Positions 28,774 through 37,925 of a stretch of 64,000 bases of DNA are shown here, piece by piece. Every line of letters starts with the position of its first letter. Within the stretch, counting starts at the first letter, position 1. The stretch spans positions 96,001-160,000 of the IMG/VR virus record IMGVR_UViG_3300018080_000001. One strand, 5' to 3'. The notes below the pieces were generated by a model, which ran no database searches, was not told the origin of the DNA, and saw only the letters and a program-made list of their open reading frames with translations. Position numbers and translations under genes: made by a program. The DNA comes from a virus.

Positions 28774-30074
28774 TATTCATTACCCGCTGTTTTCAGTATT
28801 GGTAGAGTTATATAAAAAGTAGTTCCTTTATCATCTGTTTTATATAATTCTAATTTTCCGCCCAATGCTTTTATTTTATTTTTAGCTAAAAATAAACCAA
28901 GCCCACTACTTCCTTGCTTTTCTTCATCTGTATTAAATTTTGTAAAAAGTTTATTCTTTATTTCCTCCTTTATACCCGGTCCATCATCTTCAATAGCAAT
29001 TGTTATAGATCCTCCACCATTTACTACCATTAATATTATTTCAACTTTTGAAGATCCGGCCTCAAAAGCATTATTAATTAAATTATCTATCGATATTCTT
29101 AAATTTTCCATTTTACCTTTTATATAAACATTAGGTAATTGTTTTATTATAATATTCTTATTTATATCGTTAGAATACAACTCGTCTATAAGATCTTTAA
29201 TACAAAATTTATCATCACCATCTTTTATATTACATAAATAATCTTCCGCTATTTTAGATATTTTATCTACATCTATTATAGTATCATTCAGCGCATCAGA
29301 TGCATCTATACTGTTGATTTCACTACTTTCTTTTATAAATTGAAGATTAAAATTAACCGGTAATATTAAATTTTTTATTTCATGCAGTAAAGTACCTACT
29401 GCAATAACACTGGAATCAACTTTATCCTCTTTTAATAATATATCTACTTGATCAAGAGCATCTTCCGTCTTTTCTTGTTTAACTTCTAGTGTTCTATATG
29501 AACGAGTTAATCTTGCTTGATGTAAATAAAAAACAAAATTAAATACAAATAAGAAAAACTGAATTACAGTAATATCTAGTATTAAAGAAAATATAAAAGG
29601 TATTAATATAATTTTAATAACACTTATAATAGAAATACCTATAAATCTAGCCCATTGATTACACATTATTATATAAAGAACCATCAAACTACACGAAACT
29701 GTCGGTACAGACGACAGTGATGCCATTATAGTAACCGACGAAGCATAAAGAGGTATATCTATTAATTGCGATATTACTGCTACGTGCTTATTTTTATGTT
29801 TCCAATAATAATGATAACCTGTAGAAGAGATTAAACCCGCGATACTAGAGAATATAAGAGGAAACCAACAAATAAAATAATAATAATTTTCATATAAATT
29901 TATACCAATATTGGTAAAAGAAAATAAAAACACAACGGGTATAACATAAGCCGGACCACATTGAAGCATAGAACCTTCTAAATTAATTGAATTATAATAT
30001 GAGAACCAGAGCTTTTTTATCCCTTGAACAAACTTACTAAATTTTGACAATATTCTATTGCTATTGAACCGCAT
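28773..30074 (-). CDS. Membrane-bound sensor histidine kinase (HisKA + HATPase)
   Basis: About 5-6 TM helices, then H-box LLHEIKN, N-box NLINNA, G1 EDDGPGI, F-box LF, G2 GLGL. Confidence 0.93.
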   Translation of the reverse strand: MRFNSNRILSKFSKFVQGIKKLWFSYYNSINLEGSMLQCGPAYVIPVVFLFSFTNIGINLYENYYYFICWFPLIFSSIAGLISSTGYHYYWKHKNKHVAVISQLIDIPLYASSVTIMASLSSVPTVSCSLMVLYIIMCNQWARFIGISIISVIKIILIPFIFSLILDITVIQFFLFVFNFVFYLHQARLTRSYRTLEVKQEKTEDALDQVDILLKEDKVDSSVIAVGTLLHEIKNLILPVNFNLQFIKESSEINSIDASDALNDTIIDVDKISKIAEDYLCNIKDGDDKFCIKDLIDELYSNDINKNIIIKQLPNVYIKGKMENLRISIDNLINNAFEAGSSKVEIILMVVNGGGSITIAIEDDGPGIKEEIKNKLFTKFNTDEEKQGSSGLGLFLAKNKIKALGGKLELYKTDDKGTTFYITLPILKTAGNE

Positions 30075-30769
30075 ATTTCTGCCTTACATTCTAAATCGTC
30101 TAACGCTCTATTAAATAAATTACTTTTATCTTTATTACTTAAACTTATATAACGTTCGTCTAGCGAATTTTTATCATGTATGATTTGTAAAATGATTCCA
30201 TAAGTCATACCTAAATTATACCAATTTTCTAAATTATCAGATCCTCCGGATATAGCAGCTAAATTAAAATATAGAGCGAACTGCTCTCCCGCAACTCTTT
30301 TAGCCACTTCATAATAAGTATCATAATCCCATAAAGTTGTAACTAATTCTAATCTTTGACCCACAAACATTTTGGATAACGAAGTAAACATTATGTTCGC
30401 AATTTTATCTGAGATAGAGTAAGATCTCATTACAGCCAGACTAAACATATGCGATTGAGTATTGATTTGCAAAGACATTGGTATATCCATATAAGATGAA
30501 TCACCATCCTGCATATCGTCGGTCAAGTTTACAGCGGCAAAGAACAACTCAGCCAAAGAACCCGCGACAAGGGCTTGGCTTTCTAAAGCTCCAATCTTCT
30601 TACTCACATCATATACTAACCCCCCGGGGTGTGCCTGTACAGAAGAACGGTCAAGAGCCTTCTGTATGTTCTCCCGAGAAGGCGCGTCAATAACAGGGAA
30701 TTGTTCTTGCGAGAGCTTGTAGAGCCATCTACGAGTCTCCCAGCTTATATAAGGGTTGGAAGCAGACAT
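30017..30769 (-). CDS. ComQ-like isoprenyl transferase (trans-prenyltransferase fold)
   Basis: ELFFAAVNLTDDMQDGD (first Asp-rich motif), GQ motif, degenerate second motif LQIIHD, no RRG loop. Confidence 0.8.
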   Translation of the reverse strand: MSASNPYISWETRRWLYKLSQEQFPVIDAPSRENIQKALDRSSVQAHPGGLVYDVSKKIGALESQALVAGSLAELFFAAVNLTDDMQDGDSSYMDIPMSLQINTQSHMFSLAVMRSYSISDKIANIMFTSLSKMFVGQRLELVTTLWDYDTYYEVAKRVAGEQFALYFNLAAISGGSDNLENWYNLGMTYGIILQIIHDKNSLDERYISLSNKDKSNLFNRALDDLECKAEICGSIAIEYCQNLVSLFKG

Positions 30770-30786
30770 GATTTATAAAATCAAAA

Positions 30787-31050
30787 CTAGGGAAAGTATA
30801 CAGCTGCGCCAGACACATTACTATTTAGGACGTTAGTATCGTCCATAAATTTCTTTACCGCGTCTTTCACAGTTTTTGCTTTGGCGGGGTCTCCAGCGGC
30901 CAGATCATCAATAGCTTCTTCCAGCTTCTTCTCAAATGCCGGATTAAAACTTTGTGCTCCTGGGTTTCCGGTAATAGCTCCGATCTCATACAATGCTTCT
31001 AGCATTGCAGGGAAAGAGCTAGCCATGTTAATAAGTACGGGGGTTGCCAT
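30787..31050 (-). CDS. Putative ComX-like signal precursor peptide
   Basis: 87 aa, strong AAGGAG RBS, helical core, C-terminus NVSGAAVYFP; first gene of the cassette. Confidence 0.6.
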   Translation of the reverse strand: MATPVLINMASSFPAMLEALYEIGAITGNPGAQSFNPAFEKKLEEAIDDLAAGDPAKAKTVKDAVKKFMDDTNVLNSNVSGAAVYFP

Positions 31051-31143
31051 TTTCTCTTCTCCTTGTTATTCATACATTCACTGCGAATGCATACAACAGT
31101 CTCTAATATACTATAGGATCTTTGGAAAATATAAAAAATCTAT

Positions 31144-31506
31144 TTATAACGGCGTAATTGTACTGGCTGTGGAAGGAACCACTCCATTATTATAGTCATC
31201 CAATAACTGATTATAATTTTCAATTATTTCATTTATTTTTGTTTTTAACGCAGGAATTGTAGGAACTTCGTTATCATCCAACCAATTAGCCAAGCCTTCT
31301 ATTATTATACGTGTAAATTTATCTGCCAACCATTCTTGACCAGGCGTTACCGTATCACCTGGTTCTGGCGGTGTTGGCGGGGTTCCGATATCTGGAGGAT
31401 ACTCAATTTTTAACCCTGTAGGATCTCCTAAAGCAAGTTTTATATCTTCTTTACTGGCATCTGCAACATCTTGTATTGCACTGCTTAAATCTCCGTAGGT
31501 AGTCAT
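31144..31506 (-). CDS. Hypothetical protein
   Basis: 120 aa, GGAG RBS. Confidence 0.7.
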   Translation of the reverse strand: MTTYGDLSSAIQDVADASKEDIKLALGDPTGLKIEYPPDIGTPPTPPEPGDTVTPGQEWLADKFTRIIIEGLANWLDDNEVPTIPALKTKINEIIENYNQLLDDYNNGVVPSTASTITPL

Positions 31507-31517
31507 ATGAATGTCTC

Positions 31518-31766
31518 CTAATTCATATTTTTATTAGTTAGTTTTACCACTGATCCGTTATAAATATCGTTATATATCTTATTAATTTTTTTATTACGTG
31601 CTGTTATTTCTTTATTTAACTTTTTTACTTCTTCATTTAATATTACTAATTGATCTGTAAATACAGTTATATCTTTTTTTATTTTGTTGAATTGATCTTG
31701 CACAATGGCCTTAACAATTTCCGTAACAAACTTTCTTACAATATTTTTAGTTAACATTTTCCACAA
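31518..31766 (-). CDS. Coiled-coil hypothetical protein
   Basis: 82 aa ORF. Confidence 0.55.
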   Translation of the reverse strand: MWKMLTKNIVRKFVTEIVKAIVQDQFNKIKKDITVFTDQLVILNEEVKKLNKEITARNKKINKIYNDIYNGSVVKLTNKNMN

Positions 31767-31941
31767 TACCTTGTAACTCGTGAGCCATCTTTTTTATTTT
31801 ATCATCGTTATTAAGATTATTGCGCGTATAAATATCTAGGGCTTTTTTTATTCTTAGTTCTAAATGATTTACACGGCCAGATAAACTTACATTGGATTTC
31901 TTCAAATTATTTAGTTCCAATTCTTTATAAAAGTCACTCAT
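31747..31941 (-). CDS. Hypothetical protein
   Basis: 64 aa ORF. Confidence 0.55.
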   Translation of the reverse strand: MSDFYKELELNNLKKSNVSLSGRVNHLELRIKKALDIYTRNNLNNDDKIKKMAHELQGIVENVN

Positions 31942-32084
31942 TCGTTAGACCTCTTTCTTTTCTTTCCCATAAATTCTCTATACTCTGTTTTTACACTAGA
32001 ACCATAAATAGCTCCGACAATAAAAAATAAAATAGGAATTACCCAATCCGATAATTCTTCCATTCATGCCCCCTTTTGTTTATA

Positions 32085-32273
32085 CTATCTATTCTTTTTC
32101 CACTCATCTAGAGACATCTGTCTAAGCTCTCTTTCTATCAGTCTTTTCCATCTAGTATTATCATATTTTTCTTTTAGCTGTTCTAAAGTCAATTCCTCTA
32201 AACACATTATTTTCCTGTTGGCATTAATACGATTTAATGCATGTGCTTCTGCTTCTTCTTTGGTTGCAGACAT
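32085..32273 (-). CDS. Hypothetical protein
   Basis: 62 aa, AAGGAG RBS. Confidence 0.6.
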   Translation of the reverse strand: MSATKEEAEAHALNRINANRKIMCLEELTLEQLKEKYDNTRWKRLIERELRQMSLDEWKKNR

Positions 32274-32287
32274 AAAAGTATCTCCTT

Positions 32288-32659
32288 CTACCGTTCAAGT
32301 ATTTTCTCGTCTTCAATTATAAAACCGACCTTTTCAAAAAATTCTTTGAATTTATCAAAATTTGGTTTTTTTATCCAACTGAAATAATCCAAATATATAA
32401 TATTATTTTTCGGTTCTGTATGCATTATAACATGATTTTCTCCGGTAATAATTGCAACACTAAAACCTACACTTTCGGGAAAAAATTCATGTTTAACAAC
32501 AGCAAATATAGAACATTCTGCATAGTGACAAGAACTTAGTAAAAGGTTATATAGTGCATTATTATCAAATAATGATATCCGATTAAAATATATTCCCGCA
32601 TTTTCTGTGAATATATTAGTATCTTTACTTAATTTAAGCATTAAATGTTTATGGCTCAT
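32288..32659 (-). CDS. S-adenosylmethionine decarboxylase (SpeD)-like protein, catalytically degenerate
   Basis: KHEF.P..GFS..IITGENHVIMHTEP...YLDYFSW versus canonical ESHxSxHTxPE...DxFTC. Confidence 0.65.
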   Translation of the reverse strand: MSHKHLMLKLSKDTNIFTENAGIYFNRISLFDNNALYNLLLSSCHYAECSIFAVVKHEFFPESVGFSVAIITGENHVIMHTEPKNNIIYLDYFSWIKKPNFDKFKEFFEKVGFIIEDEKILER

Positions 32660-32973
32660 AACTTTATACCCTTGCTAATAATTTGTGTACAATTTTCTTC
32701 AAAATCTTCCCCCATCAAATCAGATTGATTGGGTTCATAACCACTTTCCAATAAAATACTAATAGCTCTGTCCAAATCCTCGCCACGTTTTTGTTGATCC
32801 TCATTCATCTTACTAAAAACTAAGGACTCTTCTTTAGTCATACCACTGGTTATCCATTCCTCATCACATTTTTTTCTATAATTAAGAAGTATCCTTAAAG
32901 CATAGCCCAAAGGAGTTGCATCTATAAACCATTCTCTACTATCTACTGCATTTCTTACTGGGGGAAAGCTCAT
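32656..32973 (-). CDS. Hypothetical protein
   Basis: 105 aa, coupled. Confidence 0.6.
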   Translation of the reverse strand: MSFPPVRNAVDSREWFIDATPLGYALRILLNYRKKCDEEWITSGMTKEESLVFSKMNEDQQKRGEDLDRAISILLESGYEPNQSDLMGEDFEENCTQIISKGIKL

Positions 32974-33281
32974 CGTACCACCTTTTCCGGATCATCAATA
33001 GTCATTGTATACCCACAACATTTCGGCCAGCCTTCATTAAAACATGTTTCATAATTTACTTTAATACTCTGACCGCATTCCCTGCACCAGACTTTATCCG
33101 CTTTATTTACTTTTAGAGCATCCTTTATAATGGAATTTGTTTCTTTATTCACGTATTTGTCTGGATTTACATAGTTTTCTGGTATCCTATAAGCATCTAG
33201 CAGCTTATTTGTCATTTCTTTAATAGCTTTAATAATTTCTTTTGCCGATTGTCCAGCATGTTGATCTTTTATATCGGACAT
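32970..33281 (-). CDS. Zinc-ribbon protein
   Basis: VWCRECG...GWPKCCGYTM. Confidence 0.6.
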   Translation of the reverse strand: MSDIKDQHAGQSAKEIIKAIKEMTNKLLDAYRIPENYVNPDKYVNKETNSIIKDALKVNKADKVWCRECGQSIKVNYETCFNEGWPKCCGYTMTIDDPEKVVR

Positions 33282-33859
33282 TTTTCATTTCTCCTATTAT
33301 TTAATATACCGTTGATAACTTTTACAGTGTCTTGTGCATCCCTAAACTCACTAGATTCTAATTCATTTCTCAAAATTTCTACAATTTTTTCCGCATTATT
33401 TGCACGCTCTCTTTCCTTAATGATAGTGGAACTTAGGTTTTCTTTCATTTCTAAAATAGCTTGAGCTGCCAAATTCCATCGTGGATCGGATAAAGAAACA
33501 GGTACTTTTTCCGGAGAGCCGGAAATAGCTTGCATAATAATTCTCATATGCAATTCGAATCTTCTTACTTTTGCTTCTAAAAAATTATATCTTTCTCGCC
33601 AAATCTCTAGTAAACCCTCTTCATCCATATACTTATTTTTTCTTGTTACTATATAAGGAGCATACGTGCTAATTAATTTTTTAAGTTCATCTAACTTAAC
33701 GCAATTATTACATTTTTCTTCTTCTGTGTTAATTGATGCCAAGACATCTTTATAAGATGCTTTTAATTTTTCAAAAGAATCAACTATTTCCTCGGTCACA
33801 GATTCTCTACTATATAAAAACCTTTGAACTGTTATAACATCATTATCAGCGTTCTTCAT
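33269..33859 (-). CDS. Coiled-coil hypothetical protein
   Basis: 196 aa ORF. Confidence 0.6.
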   Translation of the reverse strand: MKNADNDVITVQRFLYSRESVTEEIVDSFEKLKASYKDVLASINTEEEKCNNCVKLDELKKLISTYAPYIVTRKNKYMDEEGLLEIWRERYNFLEAKVRRFELHMRIIMQAISGSPEKVPVSLSDPRWNLAAQAILEMKENLSSTIIKERERANNAEKIVEILRNELESSEFRDAQDTVKVINGILNNRRNEKCPI

Positions 33860-34148
33860 ACAAAATTCCTTTTATATCCGTACCATAGAAGTACATTCTT
33901 TTTAATTTTTTATCCAAAAAACCTACGGGTTTAGACTTATCATTTGCAACAAATATATCATTATCTATTACTTTTATTAATTTTACATTGTCTCTATTTT
34001 CTATAATATTTAACAAAATGTTTATTACGCCCCAATCTTCTGACACGTCTTTCCAGATATTGGATAACTTTCTAAGTGTTTTAAACCACTCTTCCGACAA
34101 ACTTCCTTCAAAAAGACCATCTTCTACGATACTTTTATCAATACCCAT
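33846..34148 (-). CDS. Hypothetical protein
   Basis: 100 aa, GGAGG RBS. Confidence 0.6.
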   Translation of the reverse strand: MGIDKSIVEDGLFEGSLSEEWFKTLRKLSNIWKDVSEDWGVINILLNIIENRDNVKLIKVIDNDIFVANDKSKPVGFLDKKLKRMYFYGTDIKGILYEER

Positions 34149-34248
34149 TATTTTCCTCCCACATCTTATAAAATTGCCCCGAATGTCTGATTATAAAATA
34201 CGGAAGAGAAAAATTATATATTTATATCGTATTAAGTTATTATTTTAT

Positions 34249-35832
34249 TTATTCTGCTAATATCCAAGAATCTTCGCTGTCATTTACATTATTTCCCGCA
34301 GAGGGTAAAGAATGTGTCGCAGCGCTTCTATTAAAATATATATCTGCGGTAGTACCCGAAATACTTGTGCTACCAGCATTAAAAATAAGACGACACGATC
34401 CGTTTAAATAAAGAGCATAACGTGTTGCAGAAGATAATTCGTCAATAGTTTCTATTATAGCTCTAGAAAAATCTTCTAATTTCAAAATATCTCTGGGTGC
34501 CGTGTCTATGAATATATTAGACCCTTCAAATAAACCCCCATCATCGATAGCAATACAATCTATAGTACTATATGTAGGTTCAACATCAAATCTACAATAA
34601 CTAGCTGAACATTGAGCCCTATGATCAATAACAAGATGATCCATGGCAGCGAGAAGCAATGTAGATCTCTCGGTAACTACTGTTACACCGGTTCTCGTAC
34701 AAAAACAATTTAGATTAATTCCAGAATTAATAGAGTGTTTTCCGGGCTCTATGTATATATCCGTATCGGGAGCAGCGGGTGCACCGATCAAACTATTACA
34801 CATTTGAAGGGACGATATATAACCAATGCTATACGCAGTATCATCAAAACCATCACTGTCTAAAAGAGGAACTGAATTAACACTTCCGCCACTTTGTATC
34901 CAAATATTGTCATCAGTTGGAACCTTAAAACGACAAAGTGTTAAGATCGACATGGCATCACCCTTCCAAATAAAAGGTTTTGCTTCTGTAGAAGTAAATA
35001 CGGTGTTTGCAATACCAAATTGTGAATTTGACCAATAAATGCTACCATCTACATCAAATGTTATAGACTGATTAATATTTATATTAGCAGCAGGATCAAT
35101 AATATTAAAAGAATCTGTTGCAGCTATACCCGCGAAATTATAAGGTATTTTAATAGCATTAGAAGAATTTTTGTAAATAGGAAAAGTATATCCACTCCCC
35201 GCACCACTAGTCATCTTAATAAATCTCCCAAACCATTGGTCATTAGTCCAAGACGCACCACTAACTGTAATATCTAATCCTGCTAATACACCACGATTAG
35301 TTAGAGTACCAATGGTATGAGGCCCGGAAAGAACTACGGGATCTCCAGTACATTCAAACGTTAATTGTCCATTTCTGTCAAGTTTTTTGTTAACATAATT
35401 AGGAAAAGAAGTATATGTACCGGCCGTGTAACGAATATGTACACGATGTTTTATTAAATAAGGTATATCATTATATGCTTTATCTATAGTTACATACGGA
35501 ATACTTTCACTACCATCTCCTGATACATCGCTACCGTTAGATCCATCAACATAAATATCCATATTTGCAGTTGTCTCATCCTTACCTATAAGACCATCAT
35601 TATCCACATCTCTATACTTTAAAGTTAGTACTTTTTCCGAAGAAAGAACTTCAGAATCTAAAGAACAAGAAACTTTTCCGGCATTTATATAATCTGCTAC
35701 AACATCTAATACTGCGGTGTCAAATTGAATTTCATGTAAGTCTACGCTCTTTTGTCCGTGTGCGATTATATTGAAATTCGGAAAAGACAAAAAACTAGAT
35801 GTGCTATTGATTAATGTTATTGTTTTAGACAT
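34249..35832 (-). CDS. Beta-helix fibre/spike protein, paralog 1
   Basis: Conserved N-domain (LSFPNF..EIQFD..LKYRD..IGKDET) plus IYVD..GSD.SGDGS...PY.TI..A pectin-lyase-like cap. Confidence 0.75.
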   Translation of the reverse strand: MSKTITLINSTSSFLSFPNFNIIAHGQKSVDLHEIQFDTAVLDVVADYINAGKVSCSLDSEVLSSEKVLTLKYRDVDNDGLIGKDETTANMDIYVDGSNGSDVSGDGSESIPYVTIDKAYNDIPYLIKHRVHIRYTAGTYTSFPNYVNKKLDRNGQLTFECTGDPVVLSGPHTIGTLTNRGVLAGLDITVSGASWTNDQWFGRFIKMTSGAGSGYTFPIYKNSSNAIKIPYNFAGIAATDSFNIIDPAANININQSITFDVDGSIYWSNSQFGIANTVFTSTEAKPFIWKGDAMSILTLCRFKVPTDDNIWIQSGGSVNSVPLLDSDGFDDTAYSIGYISSLQMCNSLIGAPAAPDTDIYIEPGKHSINSGINLNCFCTRTGVTVVTERSTLLLAAMDHLVIDHRAQCSASYCRFDVEPTYSTIDCIAIDDGGLFEGSNIFIDTAPRDILKLEDFSRAIIETIDELSSATRYALYLNGSCRLIFNAGSTSISGTTADIYFNRSAATHSLPSAGNNVNDSEDSWILAE

Positions 35833-35843
35833 GTTTCTTTATT

Positions 35844-37460
35844 CTATTTCATTGCAATAATGTCCCCACCTGTAGTAGTATAGCTATTACCGCTTGCAGG
35901 CCATGTCGCTTGTGTAGATCCGTCCCATGTAAATTGAATAGCTCCCGTCGCCCCTAAGATATTTACTACAACAGGACCTCCTTTTGCATAAAATATACAA
36001 GCTTCTTCGGCTTTAATAGCATATGCACCCGCTGTATTATTTCCCATCAAATAAGATACTGTTAATCTTCCTCTAGCCTGTATAGCTTGATTACATGCCG
36101 CAAAATAACAGGAATAAATTTTTGTGTGACCGGCAGCTAAAAATCCAATAGTAGAAAATCCAATCTGTTCTATTAATGTAGCAGATATAGCATTCATAGC
36201 ATTCGAATATTCAAATGTAAGCCCACCGCAAATAGAGAAAGTTACTGCGTTATCATAAGATTTTATACCTTCAATACGACCTCGTACTACAACACCTGAT
36301 ATTTCAGAATTATGCATAACAACATTAGTATTATCAGAAGTAGGAACCGCTCCATTGGAAGGTAAAATATTAGTACATACAGATCCAATATCATCTATTT
36401 GTGGATTGTCAAAAGTGGGTTCGTACAGTACCGATTGCCAATTTAACTGACTATTAAAAAGTTCTAAAAATACATATTTATCACTGTCAACTATACTACA
36501 AAAAGGTAAATGCGCAGAAATACTTTTAAATGTAAATGATCTATCTCCACCAGTTGCTGAAGTCGCCACAAATTTAATAGCTCCTGCAAAAAATTCTAAA
36601 CCCCAAGGGGTTTCATGCGTATTCATATACAATTCGTCGTCTAATATACTGTCTCCTTCTACAATTACACGATAAGAACATGTGATTGTAACAGGACAGT
36701 CAACAATATTAAAAGTATCTCCAGGAGCATAACCATAATATTCTGTAAATGTTCTAATAGTATCAGAGTCGTTTTTCCAAACAGGTTGAACTTTCCCCGC
36801 CCAATTTCCGGTTAGCACATGAATGAACTTTCCATAATATTGATCGGAACTCCATCCAGGAGTACCCGTAACTTGTAAATCTTTTCCGAAATAAGAACCA
36901 AATAGATCAGGAGTAGAAGCTACATTCGTAGCGGTCCCTATAGCAAAAGGGCCTGCTACTATGGGATAACTTAATCCTGTAGCATCGAAAATTATTTTTC
37001 CATCTTCTATATATCTATGTTTAAAAAATGCTGGAAAACCTGTATAATTTCCTGCTACTTTGAATCTAACATGTATTTTATATTTTATAGTGAAAGGTAA
37101 ACTTTCAAGAAATGCTAGTGTTTTATATGGATCGCTACTACTACCATTACCCGCATAATCGTCTCCATTATCACAATCAACATAAATATTAGATGCTGCT
37201 GCGGTTTCATCTTTACCAAAAGAGGCAGAAGAATCTGTTTCTCTATATTTCAGAGATAAAACTTCGGTATAAGTTAATTTTTGGTTATCTAAATAACAAT
37301 CAACTTTTCCTGAATAAATATAATTAGAAATTACTGTTAAGATACCTTCATCAAATTGTATCTCTTTCAGGTCTATATTGTAAGAACTATATTTTTCTAT
37401 ATAAAAATTAGGAAAGGATAATGTATTGCTAGATTTGTTTGTTAATGTTACAGTTTTCAT
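35844..37460 (-). CDS. Beta-helix fibre/spike protein, paralog 2
   Basis: Same architecture, 538 aa. Confidence 0.75.
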   Translation of the reverse strand: MKTVTLTNKSSNTLSFPNFYIEKYSSYNIDLKEIQFDEGILTVISNYIYSGKVDCYLDNQKLTYTEVLSLKYRETDSSASFGKDETAAASNIYVDCDNGDDYAGNGSSSDPYKTLAFLESLPFTIKYKIHVRFKVAGNYTGFPAFFKHRYIEDGKIIFDATGLSYPIVAGPFAIGTATNVASTPDLFGSYFGKDLQVTGTPGWSSDQYYGKFIHVLTGNWAGKVQPVWKNDSDTIRTFTEYYGYAPGDTFNIVDCPVTITCSYRVIVEGDSILDDELYMNTHETPWGLEFFAGAIKFVATSATGGDRSFTFKSISAHLPFCSIVDSDKYVFLELFNSQLNWQSVLYEPTFDNPQIDDIGSVCTNILPSNGAVPTSDNTNVVMHNSEISGVVVRGRIEGIKSYDNAVTFSICGGLTFEYSNAMNAISATLIEQIGFSTIGFLAAGHTKIYSCYFAACNQAIQARGRLTVSYLMGNNTAGAYAIKAEEACIFYAKGGPVVVNILGATGAIQFTWDGSTQATWPASGNSYTTTGGDIIAMK

Positions 37461-37638
37461 ATAGTATACCCCTTTCTTTTTCCCTTTTACAGGAGAATAC
37501 TATAAAGGTTATACTAGTATATTCTGTATAGAAATTTTTAAATTATTTCTCTATACGTTTAGTTTTATATTTATTATTATAGTTTTCTAGAGCTTTAAAC
37601 ATTTTTTTATTACCTGGAGATTCTTTATATAAGTCTCC
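37372..37638. repeat. Direct repeat, copy of 43413-43680
   Basis: Identical 5' end of fibre gene, similar upstream leader and 3' end of the upstream ORF. Confidence 0.85.
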
Positions 37639-37917
37639 ACCACTCTTTCTAAAAATTAAGGTTTCGCTTTCATTATTAATAGATATAATATATAATATAT
37701 CTTTTATTATTTTATATCTAAGTACTAACTGAGTTATGAATCCAATAGTGCAAATTGCAAAAACATAAACACAAGAAACTATAGAAATACTTAACTGAAT
37801 AGAATCTATATCTTTTCCAAAATATAGGACTAAAACTAATATAGTTGTTACTAATAATCCGGGAATTATCCATCCAAGATATGACCACTTCCATAGTGAT
37901 AAATAAGAATATTTCAT
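37543..37917 (-). CDS. Chimeric membrane protein (N-part from 39499-40146, C-part from 43585-43833)
   Basis: WKW.YLGWIIPGLLV...LIFRKS joined to GDLYKESPGN.KMFKAL..YNNKYKTK. Confidence 0.75.
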   Translation of the reverse strand: MKYSYLSLWKWSYLGWIIPGLLVTTILVLVLYFGKDIDSIQLSISIVSCVYVFAICTIGFITQLVLRYKIIKDILYIISINNESETLIFRKSGGDLYKESPGNKKMFKALENYNNKYKTKRIEK

Positions 37918-37925
37918 TTCTTATC

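Noticed and set aside
30017-30769. Ordinary FPP/GGPP synthase auxiliary metabolic gene
   Set aside because: Second DDxxD motif and RRG loop are missing, and the gene sits between a small peptide and a sensor kinase; not excluded without an assay.
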